From assembly GCF_009914755.1 (NCBI RefSeq), contig NC_060933.1: DNA of 64,000 nucleotides. The stretch is one strand, 5' to 3'. Source of the stretch: the human T2T-CHM13v2.0 reference genome, Homo sapiens. Position numbers and translations under genes: made by a program. Positions 17,341 to 35,989 of the stretch are shown in pieces. The first letter of the stretch is position 1, and each line of letters begins with the position of its first letter. The notes under the pieces were generated by a model. It did not search any database, was not told the origin of the DNA, and worked only from the letters and a program-made list of their open reading frames with translations.

Positions 17341-19527
17341 TGAATTTCTGGATTTTTAAAAAATAATTTCAGTCTCTGTTAAATTTCTTATTTTGATCAC
17401 TTCCCCCCAATTTCGTGAATTGTTTCTCTATATCTTCTTGCAGTTTGCTCAGCTCTCTTAAAAGAAATATTTTGAATTCTTTGTCAGGTAATTTGTTACC
17501 TTTGTTTCTTTGGGGTCAGCTACTGGGAGATGATTGTGTTCTTTGGTTGATGTTATGTCTCCTTGTTTTGTCATATTTCTTGTTGCTTTTATGGTAATGT
17601 ATGCACATGAGATGGAACAGTCACCTCCTCCAGAATTTATAGGCTAGTTTCACTATGTAAAGATCTTCCCCTGTGTAGGGGTGGCAAGGGCACTTGCTGA
17701 GTGGGGTGCAGTGAGTGATGCCAATTCTCAGCTATGCCAATGTTACCAGCAGTCCTTTCTATATTCTCTGTATTTTTTGCTTCATTGTGTTGCTGAAGAT
17801 TTTTTTTTTTTTTTTTGAGACAGGGTATCTGTCACCCAGGCTGGAGTGTAGTGCATGATCATGGCTCACTGTAGCCTCAACTTCCAGGGCTCCAGCAATC
17901 CTCCTGCCTCAGCCTCCTAAGTAGCTGGGACCACAGGTGTGTGCCACCATGCCAGGCTAATTAATTTTTTTTTTTTTTACTACAGGGTCTTGCTATGTAG
18001 CCCAGGTTAGTTTGCTGCAGATTCTTTAATGAACCCTTCAGATCTTTTGGGCTAGTTTGGTTTGTAAATAGCTGTCTATATTTGTTTGTTTTTGTGTTTT
18101 GTTTTTTGTGGAAGGCTGAAGGTTGGTAACTCCTATCCTGCCATCTTGGTGACCTCCCCTCTCAGGCTCTTTCAAGATGTTCTCTTCATGGTCTCTCTTT
18201 TTTTTTTTTTTTTTCCTTAGGGCTAGAGAATATGTTTATACGCTTCCACATTAGGTTCAGATGCCCATGCCACATATGGCTTATGGGGTGTCTCTGATGT
18301 TTCAACTCATTTTCAAGTATTTGATTCTAGCACCTTTTCACAAGCCTGTAGAGCACAAACAGGCTTTCCCTATATGTCATCATATTTCAATAGTGCTTTA
18401 TTAAAGGACAGATGAATATGCAGCTTTATTGGGAAATGTTTACAAATATCAGAAAGGACTAATCAAGCATCCTATATAAAACTTTCCAAACCTCTGAGGA
18501 TGCCTGTGAAGGAGGACAAAGTATACTATACCCAGAAATCTTAGTACATTCAAGTATCTGATATTTGCTTGGGGATAATCTAATCATTCTACACACATAC
18601 ACCAAGATTGGTCATTCTGTCAGGGCATGTTCTCAGGAGGGGCTGAGCAACTTGTGGGCAGCAGGCTCTCACTAGTGTACATTCCAACTGAACCCTCAGC
18701 TCCAGAAATGGTGCTACATGGGGCCTGGACTTCCTAACATCTGGGTGTCCATGAACATATGGTCACTCTTCCTCCTCTTGCGTCCACCTGGAAGCCATCT
18801 ACATCCCCAGCTCCAATCTGCCTTTCATGGCTGTGCTTATTCATGAATTTTGTGATACACATGCTGCCTGGGGGCCTCCTTTTCAGAAGATGGGTGTCTC
18901 CTAGTTGGGCCATGGCAGGAACACCACCACTGTCCTCACTGGGGGCCATCTTTTCTGTTCTCTGAAGCTCAGGGAGGTTGAAGACTAACAGAACTTGAAT
19001 GAGAGACACCCTGATAATATTAGCTCCCATTTGCTTTTCCCACCCCCCTCCACCAAGAATCAGCCAGATATTTCTCTCTTCTCTGTCCCTGCCTCCCAGT
19101 TCCTCACATCTGTTACCCTCAGATGCCCTTGGTACCTGGTGTGATATAGGCGGGCAGTGGTATCCTAGCCCTGAGCACTTGTGGCACCTACACTACACTG
19201 GGGTGACCAGGCAGCAGGATCCCACCCTTCGACCGGAGAAAAAGGCTCCCATCATCCTCTGACTCTGCCAGCCACGACAGAGCCCTAAAATCCACAGGTG
19301 CATCCCAAAGGTCCAAACCACCTTCTGTGCCTAACTTATTGCCCTGGTGAAGTAGATTCAAGTATTCAATACCTGTTTGAGGATAACCTAATCATCCTAC
19401 ATACATACACCTGAGTTTGTCAGTCTGCCAGGGATACTCCCTGTAGACCTTCTCCCATCAGACTTATATGACAGGGACTGACCAAGGGAAGAAAGGGCCC
19501 TTATACACAGAATACATTGTGGAAAAA

Positions 19528-19529
<2 letters not shown>

Positions 19530-19562
<33 letters not shown>
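19530..19562. repeat. (GT)16 microsatellite
   Basis: Perfect GT run. Confidence 0.95.
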
Positions 19563-19564
<2 letters not shown>

Positions 19565-19753
19565 TACATATCTATAACCAAGAAAAATGTAACCAAGTCT
19601 TATTTTGCTTTATAATTAGTGGACTTTTAAAAATCATTCTATGGTACTGTTATGACTCAGTGATGGCAGCAGTGACTCAGTGATGGTGGTGAATGCTCAG
19701 AATTAAAAGGAAAACCTTAAATAGGGGAATTTTTGTAATAAAATGTTATTCTT

Positions 19754-20080
<327 letters not shown>

Positions 20081-20254
20081 TTAGTAATCTGGGTGGTAGA
20101 ACTGCAAGTAATGTGAATCTATTAGCCCTCTAGTTTATATTAGCTTAAAACTTCACTAGTGTAAAGAGTTGGATGTCTAACTTTTGTCAAGTTCTACTTA
20201 GGCAGTATTTCACAGATGGGTGCAACAAATTCACATTTCATGTCATGAAATATA

Positions 20255-21046
<792 letters not shown>

Positions 21047-22243
21047 CACACTTTCTGATTTCTCTTGTGTAATGATTAGATCAGTAGTTCCCATCTTGGG
21101 GCTCTTGAGATTTTTAGGTGTTCCCAAAGTTATATACCTTGAAAGTCCCTGCCATGACACTTATTAGACCAGATTTTTTGATATGTTGTTAAGTCATCCT
21201 GACCCTGTTTATGTACAAACTCAATCTTTGTGTGGTTGATGGTCTACATGAGATATGTCAAGTGTTTGTCAATGGATTTGGTCCATAGTAAATGTTCACT
21301 AAGAGGAAGAGGCAGTATTTAGGAACATATATTCTATGTTAAACAGCCTAGGTTGAAATGTTGACTTCTCTTATTTGCTATGCGATCCCGTGCAAGTTCC
21401 TGAATTTTGCTGTGCCTTGGTTTTGTTATATAACTCCTGGAAGTGTGACGATGGCCACATGAGTTCATACATGAAAACCTCTTAGAAAATGCTTGGGACA
21501 CATTAAAAACTCAGTAACTGTTAGCTACTATTACCTTCAAAATATAACCAAGTGACAAAAGGGGAGTACAACTAATCCTCAGAAAATCAGATTAATATTC
21601 TGGCTTTGCGACCTGTACAAAGTACTTAATTTCCCAGTTTAGTGCCTTTGTCTGTGAAATGATACGTAACTTTTATGGCTATTATGATGATAAAGTAAGA
21701 AATGCATGCCAAGTGCCTAACATAAAATCAATGCTAAGAAATGGTAGCTATTATTAGTAATAATGATAAAGAATTTTGCAAAAATTTCCCTTTAAATCCT
21801 AGGCGTTGGTCATATTGAATTACTTGTAGTTTCTCAAACATGTTCTCTTGTTTTCATGTGTACCTGCTGTCTTGCTTTGCTACTCCACTGTATTCTTCAC
21901 TTGATTGCCTCCTACTAGTTCTTCAAGATGCAGGTGTTTCCTTCCCTGGAAAACATTTCCTAAAGTCAGGGGACGTGTTTTCTGTTTTCCTCTATTATTG
22001 TACTTCTTATACTCTCTAATTTTCTATTGACCTATTTTCTTCCAATATAAGACACTTTGTTCTTGTGTGATTTTCAGATAAGCTACTAAAGTCTTGGTTT
22101 CCTCATCTGTGAAACAGGGATGTAAAAATTAAATGAGATGCACTTGGCACTTAGGCCAATGTCTAGCACCTTCCCCAATCCCAAGAACATAATAGGCAGT
22201 CAACAGGTGTTTACTTATGAAATGAAAATAATGATTTACAAAT

Positions 22244-22249
22244 TTTATT
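22244..22249 (-). terminator. PSMD5: Probable PSMD5 poly(A) signal AATAAA; 3'UTR ~22225-24062
   Basis: TTTATT on the + strand about 1.8 kb past the stop, with T-rich sequence downstream on the minus strand. Other TTTATT hexamers also lie in the UTR. Confidence 0.6.
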
Positions 22250-23392
22250 CAATCTAAAAAAAAAATCAGAATGTGTAGACCATACATAGGAGAGAGGGCA
22301 TCCCCCCAAAATCTGATGTTAAGTGAATAAAATCAATGTCATGAAGCAGAATGGTGGTTGCCAGAGGCTGGGGAAAAGAGGGAATAGACAGTTATTGTTT
22401 AATGAATACAGTTTCAATTGTATAAGATGAAAATAATTCTGAAGATGGATGGTGGTGATGGTTGTACAACTTATGAACATATGTAATATACTGAACTGTA
22501 CACTTAAAATAGTTATGACAAATTTTATTGTATATATTGCACCACATTGAAAAAAAATCAACATCATGAATGAGATTAAAACAAAGGTCATTTTAAGAGA
22601 ATATTTCTCAGGCCAGGAAAGACCTGGTTATAGCCTAATTAGTAGTGATATTAACAGTAGGGGACTAGTCAGCATGGAAACACACACAAAAAACAGAGTC
22701 ACGTTGCCAGGGGAGATGATCAATCTGGGGACTAGATAATTCCAGTCACTTTAAAATAATTTTGTTACAAAGCAGGGGTGGTTTATCAACTTCACCACGG
22801 CCTAAAAGAAATATGCTCATGCATAAACCTCTGAACAGGTGATTTGGTGTGCAGAGTGCTTTGGCTTTGCTGTTTAGAGAGAAGAACACTGGAAAACAGG
22901 TGGGTGTAGGTGTTGTCAATGAAAAGAAAGATTATCCTTTGTAAATTAATGAGATGGTATCCTGATTTATGCATATGTCCCTTCTGTTCTGAGTCTGTTT
23001 ATTAGGAGTAAGTTTCCCTTTCTCTGATCAACTCAAGATTGACTTTATAGGTATGAAAAATCCAAAGCAAAACCCTCAGCAATCATGACCTACCAATAAA
23101 TGAAATGACAGTTTAGGAATCCTTCTGATCCCCCAAAACCACAACAGGGCAAAGTTCATTGGTAAACAGCAAAAAAAATTACATGAACACTATAAACATT
23201 TTTTAGATATTTTGTCTTTTTTTCAAAGGAATAATAGTAACAAAAAAACAAGAGAGCTCATAAAAAGTATTCTGAGTATAAGGAACATAATCTTAATATT
23301 CCATACTACTCATTTTTCAAAGAATATATCCAAGACTTTGAAAGTGGAATCAGAAATGGAAAAAGGACCAAAAAGAAAAAAAAAGATAGTGA

Positions 23393-23728
<336 letters not shown>

Positions 23729-24062
23729 TGAAGCAGGCTTTTAGATAAGATTGCATGTCCATGAAAATTTTGAGGGAAGAAAAAAACTTCCACCCTGTTG
23801 CAAAGATTAAGGCAGTGAAAGGAATCTGAAAAACACTGGATCTATTATGACCAAGCTTGTCTGCTCTTAATGCATTCCAAACTCCTAGTTCCACTTTGCA
23901 TTTCAATGTAGAAATATAACAGTGTTGGTAACAAAGTAACATCTGACATTCCATGATAATTCTTGGGGAAAGGAAGTCTCTTTTGTGAAATATAGATGGA
24001 GTCAAATGCCTTAGGAGAAGTTTTGGTCAAAACGTGGTCCTCTACATGAGCTCTAGAAGAAA

Positions 24063-24320
24063 TCATTCGGCTCCTTCTACTGCTGTCGTGGAAACAGGTT
24101 TCACATAGTATGGCCCTTCACTCAGGTAAGTTCTGAGCCTCAAATAATTTGGGTTCCCAAAGATTTCTGCAATTGTCTTGGAATTAGCAAGTGCTTTCAC
24201 TAGTTCATATTTGGCATCCTTTGAAGCTTTGTCATGCTCCACAGACCGGTCCACCACATATTCTACAAAACCTGGACTGTTAAACATAAGTTTCTGAGCC
24301 CAGGGTTGGTTTGCAATGGC
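24063..24320 (-). CDS. PSMD5: PSMD5 exon 10 coding part ([10 protein letters not shown]...TTAVEGAE*)
   Basis: Acceptor tttcag|GCC; TGA at 24065-24063; 258 nt, completing a 1515-nt CDS. Confidence 0.97.
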   Translation of the reverse strand, partial: AIANQPWAQKLMFNSPGFVEYVVDRSVEHDKASKDAKYELVKALANSKTIAEIFGNPNYLRLRTYLSEGPYYVKPVSTTAVEGAE

Positions 24321-24926
24321 CTGAAATGGAAGGCAGAAAGAATACAATTCCCCTGAGTGGAAGTTGTTTGTTAATGGGATGGCACAATATTTACAAAGAA
24401 ATCTGGCAACATGAACTTTAAAAATGTTACCTTTTGTCTAAGTAAATTCCTTCCTGAGAATCTAACTTAATAAAATAATCTTAAATATGAAAAATCTTTG
24501 TATACAAAAATGTTCATAATAGTGTGAAAGTTACAATATAAATATCTAATAATGGGAGAATGGTTAAGTAAATTATGGTATATAGCAATAAAAATAAACA
24601 TTAACAATAATGTTTACAAAAAATAGGAAATGATACAGGTAAACCTGTTATATAAAAAAAGCAGATTCAAATTATAAACAATGCATGATTACAACAGTGG
24701 AAAAATAAAAACTAAAGTAGAAAAGACTAACCTCAAGATACTCATATAGTGCACAAACATTTTCAAGAATGTTCATTGTGGTATCATTTGTAAGATACTA
24801 TCTAAATCTTCATTTATAGGAGAATGATATATTGTGGCTATTCAATGAAATACCAACTTTCTAACTGCCTCTTTTAACATAGACAAATTTTAAAAAAACG
24901 TAACATTGAAGAGAAAAAAAAAAAAA

Positions 24927-24960
24927 GCAAAAACTGCAATTACTTTTGCACCAACCTAAT
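24927..24960. mobile_element. MADE1 (Hsmar1-derived MITE) half
   Basis: gcaaaaactgcaattacttttgcaccaacctaat matches the mariner TIR. Confidence 0.8.
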
Positions 24961-25334
24961 GGAATGATACAAACAGCATGATACCACTTACAAAGTTTAT
25001 GAATATCTAAAATACTGTGTTTTATTTAAGGATACACACAATATGTAGTAGAAATATGAAATCATTTATGGGCCCTGACTTTGTGATAGTGATTTTATCT
25101 AAGAACAGAGGAAGGGGAATAGGACTGGGCAGAGGTAGCAAGATACAACTATATTTGAAATATTTCACCAAAAATAAACACACACTAATACAAAAACTAA
25201 AAGGAAATACACCAAAAGGTAGAACTTTCTGTGATTTTAAAAAATTCTACTTCTAAGTCTTTTCCAAATTTTAAGATTAAGTTTTTCAAAACCTATTACG
25301 TTTTAATGAAAAAGAAGTAACAAGTTTATGGCCT

Positions 25335-25490
25335 AGTTTTTTCCTCTCAAAATGTGTTCCACAGACAAGTAGCATCAGCAACACCTGCGAGCTTGTTAGA
25401 CTTTCAGGATCCCAGGCTCTGCCCCACAACTACTGAATTAGAATCTACATTTTAATAAGATTCCTAAGATTAATGTTTGAGAAACTTTGG
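25335..25490. mobile_element. MER5A-like hAT relic
   Basis: ctcaaaatgtgttcc...agcatcagcaacacctg.gagcttgttaga...ctactgaattagaatct...tttgagaa. Confidence 0.7.
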
Positions 25491-25709
25491 CCTGCTTCAC
25501 AACCAAGCATGAAAGTAGGCAGAAATAAAAATAGTTATCCCAACCAGTAAATAGAAAATTATTTCTACAATGGAACCAGCTAAGCACAGGATAAGGTAGA
25601 AGAGCAAAACCAAAATAAACTAATAATGAAAATACTAAGCAGGATCCAAAATGGCCATCTCATACAATGACCATTTACAAGGGTGAAGCAGTCTTAAAGA
25701 AATGTTTCT

Positions 25710-26003
25710 GGCTAGGCGCGGTGGCTCACGCCTGTAATCCCAGCACTCTGGGAGGCCGAGGCGGGCGGATCACAAGGTCAGGAGATCGAGACCATCCTGG
25801 CTAACACAGTGAAACCCCGTCTCTACTAGAAATACAAAAAGAAATTAGTCGGGCATGGTGGTGGGCGCCCGTAGGCTAGCTGCTCGGGAGGCTGAGGCAG
25901 GAGAATGGCGTGAACCCGGGAGGTGGTGCTTGCAGTGAGCCAAGATCACGCCACTGCATTCCAGCCTGGGCGACAGAGCGAGACTCTGTCTCAAAAAAAA
26001 AAA
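25710..26003 (+). mobile_element. AluY with target-site duplication
   Basis: AluY diagnostics (gagatcgagaccatcctggctaacac, ggcgtgaacccgggag); flanked by aaatgtttct on both sides. Confidence 0.9.
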
Positions 26004-26995
26004 TGTTTCTGAAGATTATAGGAATACCTGTATCCTTCAAGACCCAGATCCTGTATCGCATCCTCAGGAAGCCTTCCCTCTTTTGTCCCTGCCATTTTCC
26101 TTATTCCCTCCCAGTCTAGGCCATGTATGCTGTCTGAGATCCCATTATTGATATGATTACTAAAGCGATTACTATCTTGCTATGCTGGGGCTACAAAGAT
26201 AAATCAGATATGCTTCCTGCTCTCAGCCAACTCTACTTAATAGGTAAGACAAGTCGATAAATAAACATTTGCAAAATAATATAACAAATAGAACACAAAG
26301 GTATAATCCTTACCACAGCTGTAATTATATAAGTAACTGTACAATTATATTTACTGCCTGGCTCCTTCAATAGACAGGAAACTACATGAAAGGAAGGTCT
26401 TTATATATTTTCTTCACTGTTGTATGCCCTTCACTGAGCAAAAACGGAAACTCAACAAATATTTGCTGAATAAATAAATGCAACATATGAGAACCAACAT
26501 TGTTTAACTCAACCTTGTCAATCTGGGCAAAGTGTGCTGAAGACAAGGAGTTAGTCCTTGACGAGTGAGTAAGAGTTTAAGAAGCAAAGTTAAGGAAGAG
26601 TGTTAGATACGGAGACCCCAGCAAAGGTCCAGAGACACAAAACAAACAGTTTGGTACCACTGGAGCATTAGGTGCCAGAAGCCTTATTTTCTGCACGGGA
26701 AATAAGGATTAGGAAGACCAGGGCTAGGTTAATAGAGGATGGCAGATAAAAAGTCTGGAATTAACTGTGTGATCCCATAGCATCCTGTTCAAACCTCAAA
26801 CAGCACCTAATATCTTTTACTGAAACAATCTGTTTACACATCTGTCTCCTTACTTAGTCTCTAAGGTAGCAGAAGGTAGAAACTATACTATGCACTTGTG
26901 CATCCCCAGAGATGGCACAGGCTCTGGCTCACTGTTAAGTACTCAAGTGTTGAGCTGGCAGGGTCCCAGAAGGACCTATGGAAGTGAATACCTAC

Positions 26996-27136
26996 CGTAA
27001 ACACTTTTAAGGCAGCACAGTGTAGTTCAGGGAAGGGCTGACTACTAATGCCACGGAAGAGCTCCAGTGGGTCCCGAGATAAAGAAGAAAACCAGGATTC
27101 TGTCATCCTCAGAAGGTCATCAGTCTGCTGCTCAGG
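26996..27136 (-). CDS. PSMD5: PSMD5 exon 9 ([11 protein letters not shown]...AALKVFT)
   Basis: ctgtag|CCT ... ACG|gtaggt; 141 nt, phase 0/0. Confidence 0.96.
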
Positions 27137-27511
27137 CTACAGGAAAGAAAAGGAAAATCTCATCAAAAGTTAACTGATCTGGAGAAAAGCACTTATTTAG
27201 AAGTCAGACACCTGAGTGCTGATGGCACTCTGTCATTAATTTGTTGTGTGAAACTGGCTAAGTCTGGAGGACTCTTTCTCAAATCCAGCCCAGACCTTTC
27301 CCAGTTTTCTTTGAATGTGGTTGATTAAGCAGTCTCTAGAGTCTCTTCAGTTCTAACACTCTATGATTCCATTTTAAATTAAAAATGTCACTAGTCATAT
27401 AATGAGGGTTATCTTCTTGTATTTACTTCATCACATTTATCATGTTGATTCATACAGATTTATTCTCCCAAACATATCCCACTGTCCTTCATTATTTCCC
27501 TACCTACTTAC

Positions 27512-27621
27512 TGGTAAGTACAGAAGAGATGAAATTGCATCCAAACATCTAATTTTTAGCTCCACTGGGGCATTCTTTGATTGATGTCCTATTCTCATAA
27601 GCAAGCGTTCAAAGCGAGTTC
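27512..27621 (-). CDS. PSMD5: PSMD5 exon 8 ([12 protein letters not shown]...SSLLYLP)
   Basis: tcaaag|GA ... CCA|gtaagt; 110 nt, phase 1/0. Confidence 0.95.
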
Positions 27622-28699
27622 CTTTGAAGGATAACAGTGAGATTCTTCTTTATTATGGTAAAATATACACAACATAAAATTTACCATTTTAACCATTTTT
27701 AGTGTATAGTTCAGTGCTATTAAGTACATTCACACTGTTGGGCAACCATCATAACCATCCATCTCTAGAACTTTTTCATCAACCCAAACTGAAACTCTGT
27801 ATCCATCAAACAATAATTCCCTTTCTTCTCTACCCTCATCCCCTGCCAACCACTATTCTACCTCCTGTGAACTGGACTCTTTTAGGCATCTCATCTAAGT
27901 GGAATCATACAATATCTGTCCTTATGTGTTTGGCTTACTTCACTTAGCATAATGTTATCAGTGGCGCAGGCTTCCTCCATGCTGTAGCATGTGCCAGAAT
28001 CTCATTCTTTTTAAAGGCTGAGTAATATTCAATTGTATGTATATACCACATTTTGTTTATTGATTCATCTATCAATGAACATTGGGTTGCTTGCACCTTT
28101 TTTTGGTTATTGTGAATAACGCTGCTATGAACATGACTGTACAAACATTTGTTTGAGTCTCTGCTTTCAATTTTTTTTGGTATATACCTGAAAGTGGAGC
28201 TGCTGGATGAAGGAAATATAAAATGTACAAGGGTTACAATTTCTCCACATCCTAACACTTATTATTTTATGGGTTTTTTTTTAAAGTAATAGCCATCCTA
28301 ATGGATATGAAGTGAAAAATGAGATTTTTTTAAAGTATGCTCTCATACACTATGACCTCTACCAACCTAAACCAATACAAAAATAAGCATGTAGTCAGAG
28401 AACCAGTGACAGGCCTAGAACACATAATTACACGCAACACAGCATATATAAGGCAAAGTTATAAAACTGGAATCAAAGGACCTGGACTTGAGTAGCAGCT
28501 GCCATAATTTGTATGACCTTAGAAATTTTCTTAACTCCTCTAAGTTTCATCTACCTTATCTGGAAAATGAAAATGACAATGTATGTTCTTTGCAGGACTG
28601 TAAAACGATTGTCATAGGTAAAAGCACTTAGAAAACGACATATAACAAAAATATTAGCTGTGATACACAACAGCGTATTAATTTTCTTTTTTTCTTTTT

Positions 28700-29960
<1,261 letters not shown>

Positions 29961-30650
29961 ATCTCTTAACATGCCAAAAGTATCTCTTAACATGAAATCT
30001 TATAACAAACTTTTATTTTCCTTTCTCAAAATTTCATAAATATTCACAACAACCCTGAGAAGCAGTTGTTATGCCATTTTTATAAATGAAGAAAATGAGG
30101 CCTAGAAAAGTGAAGTGAGTAAATGAAGTTCAAAAAGCAAAGTCAGGGCTGGATACAATGGTGTGGACCTGTAGACCCAGCCAATCAAGAGGATGAGGCA
30201 GGAGGATTGCTTGAGCCCGGGAGTTCGGGGCCAGCCTGGGTAACAGAGAGACACTCTCAATCTCTTAAAAAAAAAAAAAAAAAAAAAAAGAATAGAAAAC
30301 CCAAGGACATGAATCCAGACCTTTCTGACTCTAGCCCGTGGTCTTTGTACCATGAAATCTAGTCAAAGAAGACATCATAGAGGGGAAACAGGAAACAATG
30401 TTTGGTTGAAATCGATTGGTAGAAACCTAAACCAATGAAAACCTAAACCAGTGAAAAGTCAAAAAAAAAAAAAAAAAGGTTTTCCGTAATAATTATTAGA
30501 TTTTCAGACATGAGTACAAGGTCATGGTTAACAAGACTGCCACCCATAAAATAGTTTCTACAATGTAGTTAACCCACCAGCAAATGAACTTACATATTGA
30601 ACCCCTGTCAAAGATGAAGATATCCCTGAACAGGGCCAAGTCATACCAAC

Positions 30651-30842
30651 CTGTTTTCTGTAAAACCTGTTTTCCTTCAACATTGGATCCCAAGATTCCA
30701 ACTGTGTCTACAGCTACACCAATCATAGTGGGGTCCTGACTTTCTATCATTTCAAAGACTTTTTCCACAAAGATAGGATAACGCTCACAGATCTGTTGAG
30801 GACTATCCATGACAGCCAGGTTTCCAAAAAACTTCACGAATC
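30651..30842 (-). CDS. PSMD5: PSMD5 exon 7 ([13 protein letters not shown]...KQVLQKT)
   Basis: ctttag|GA ... ACAG|gttggt; 192 nt, phase 1/1. Confidence 0.96.
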
Positions 30843-31509
30843 CTAAAGAGATTTACAAAAATATATTTTAATAGGGGAACAAGACAGCATGAATTGCGGG
30901 CTCTATGACTTCACAGGAACAGAAATGAACTGCAGGCCAGAAAAGCATAGAAAGGTTAGAGTAGTGTGTTGCCTGGAGATCAGAGAGACCATTAGGAGAT
31001 TCTGAAGGACCTGTGATGTGTGATCCTGAGAGAGGGCGTCAATGGAGCTGGGACCAGCTATTGAAGTACTGGCATATGCAAGAGGGAGAACAAAGAAAAA
31101 GGACCAGTGGATACAAATTACAGGAAGGCAAGTTTAGACTCATTACCAGGAAGAAATTTTTAAATGGATATGTTCATTAATAAAATAAGCTAGGCTACCT
31201 AAGGCAGGCATACATCTCCAATTTCTGGAAGTGTTCAAGAAAGACTAATCAACCAAAACCCAGAATAGAATGGCAAGAGTAGATCCTACAACAGATAAAG
31301 ACTCCCACTCAGAGATGTGATTAATCTGTGAAACATACTGTAAATGTCATTACTAGTATTTTTATTTATGTTTTTGTTGATATTCAAAAAGAAAAATATC
31401 CTAATGTTCTAAATAGCACTGATGTTTCCAGAAAACCAAAGTCAACAGTACGTAGCTCCAAGAGCAACAGATTCCACCTCAATAAGAGGCTATAGGTATC
31501 TTTTTAAAA

Positions 31510-32757
<1,248 letters not shown>

Positions 32758-32921
32758 AACTTGGTTGCTCTAGATATCTTCTAAACGAAATCAGCTCATT
32801 AAGGAAATCAGCTCTAAAGGAAAACAATCCCTGTCCACTCCCTACCCCAACCCCCTGATGTCAGAGATAACTCAGAAATAAAACACGCACCATCATTTCC
32901 ATAGGCATCAGTGTTCCTTAC

Positions 32922-33064
32922 CTGGCAGATAGAAGCTAGAGAAAGGGTCTGAATCTGCCCCAACAATTATATTAGAAATTTGGTCAATTACTCCTTCTTG
33001 AGCAAGATATTGTCGCCCATGATGAGTATATGCCAGTGATGTCACCATTTCTATACAGGTGGCT
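32922..33064 (-). CDS. PSMD5: PSMD5 exon 6 ([12 protein letters not shown]...FSSFYLP)
   Basis: ttttag|A ... CCAG|gtaagg; 143 nt, phase 2/1. Confidence 0.96.
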
Positions 33065-34138
33065 CTAAAATGTCAGAAGGACAAAAACAAGGAGATTTTG
33101 CACAGGATTTGCATAGTTTATAAATTGCTCTCATACAGGTTATCTTATTTAATTCTTCTTATCACATTCGAAAGGTCAATAATCTTGGCTCCTCTTTTCA
33201 CATGAAGCCCTAAGGCCTAGAAATTTGCAGTGACTTCTCTGTAATCATATTGTTATTATAGGCAGAGTTTAGATTTAAATCTTGACCTTCTGATTTGAAG
33301 TCCACTATTGTTTCCACTATAACCTAGCTGCTTCCTAAAATATTTTCTAAATTTGTGTTTTATTTTGAAATATCATACACAAAAGTAATGAGAATACAAT
33401 AAGCCCCCATATACACATAACCTGATTTTATGGTTATGAAGATTTTGCTTTACTTATTTCATCTCTTTTCCCTACTTTTTGCTGAACTATTTTAAAGCAA
33501 ATCCTAGTCACCCTGCCATTTACCCCTGCATACTTTAGTATGCATCTCTACAAAACACATATGTTTCCTTACACAATTATAATGCCACTGCCACATATTA
33601 AGAAATTAACAATAATTCTTTGGTATCATCTCATATCCAACCATGATCAAAGAAAATAACTAAAAAATTTATTTAGTTGGTGGTTGATCCTAAACTGTTT
33701 TGACTGACCATTTACAGGTTTTTTTCTATGTCACAAAATTTGATACAATGCTAAAAAATAATTAACAAAATTAATTGTCTCATTAGGTTGAGACACTCAA
33801 ATGCACTGAAGCAATGTAACTAGTGACTGATTTACTCATATGGGTTTAATAAATTCAGCCATGTTTAAAGAACACAGGACAATCAGAAAATCATTTAAGA
33901 TAAGAAAAATCAAAACCTATATACACAAAGATAACTATAATGCTATCATAACAGCAAAATACTTGAAGCAAATCAACTGTTCAACAGTGAGGAGGTATTA
34001 GTAAACTGTGGAATATCAACAAAAGAACATTTGGCAGATATTAAAGGGGATTTAGGGAATAGCGGGTGGAAGAGACTGGAATTAACATTTCTTTGAGAAC
34101 CTATGTCAGCCATTGTACTGCTTTCTATGGTCAATTAG

Positions 34139-34469
<331 letters not shown>

Positions 34470-35256
34470 TAGTTACTGTTCTGAGAGATGAGGAAACTGA
34501 GATGTAGAAAGCTTATAATTATCTGTCCAAGGCCAAACAGCTAATAAATAGTAGAGAGGCATGCAAGCCAAGTCTTCCTCATTTTGAAAAGCTCATATTC
34601 TTTTTTTTTTTTTTTTTTTGAGACAGAGTCTTACTCTGTTGCCCAGGCTGGAGTACAGTGGTGCAACCTCCACCTCCCAGGTTCAAGCAATTCTCCTTCC
34701 TCAGCCTCCTGAGTAGCTGGGAATATAGGCACATGCCACCATACCCAGCTAATTTTTGTATTTTTAGTAGGGACAGGGTTTCACTATGTTGGCCAGGCTG
34801 GTCTTGAACTCCTGACCTCATGAATCGCCCACCTCAGCCTCCCAAAGTGCTGGGATTACAGGCGTGAGCCACCGCACCCGGCCTAGCCCATGTTTTTTCT
34901 ATCATGCCATAGTGTTGCTATTTAACAATGCCAAAATAAATGAATATGATAAAATATTAGTAATTCAAAATGGCAGTTACCACATGATTGCAACTTTTTA
35001 AGAGCACACAGGCCTAGGGACATGGAACAGAGTCACTTGAAAGTAGCTGAATTGTCATGTGGGGCTTTCCCAAGTTCCAGTATGTTGTCACGATGTAACT
35101 TGAACAATTTTCTAAAGATCCCTCCTTCAGGACACACATCAGTCATGAGATTGCAACCTGGGCAAAGTCTCTAATAGAGAAAATCACAGATGTCCCAAGG
35201 TTGTTTCCCAGCCCTTCAAAAGAGGATATTTCACTTTAAGAACTCAGTCAACACAC

Positions 35257-35366
35257 CTGACCAACACATCCTCACCAGTCAGCTCTCTCAGGAGCTGGGT
35301 TACCAATCCACTTGTGGTACAGTAGTTTAAAGATTCTGGTGACACGGAAGAAATCTCTATAATTAG
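35257..35366 (-). CDS. PSMD5: PSMD5 exon 5 ([12 protein letters not shown]...GEDVLVR)
   Basis: tttcag|CTA ... GTCAG|gtgtgt; 110 nt, phase 0/2. Confidence 0.95.
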
Positions 35367-35522
35367 CTGAAATAAAAAAAAAAACACAGAAAAAAGAAAA
35401 AGGTCAAATCAGCCCTACGCCTGATAGATCTCATTTTAAGTTAAATGTAGGACTAGGTACTTTTTATAAATGAGTTTTAAAAAATCCATTATTTGTCTCT
35501 TTAAGTAGAAAAACTTCAGTGA

Positions 35523-35812
<290 letters not shown>

Positions 35813-35989
35813 TGAAGTGTTGAGATTACAGGCATGAGCCACCATGCCCTGCCACCTTGGCACAGAAATGTTCCATTATATCTAGGTGTATCAGCACTTT
35901 CCCGCCCAAGCAATCATCAATCAGGGTACAAAAGCCTGAATCAGCCACAACAAACAGATTATAAAACCATTCACTCATTCAGGCATCCT

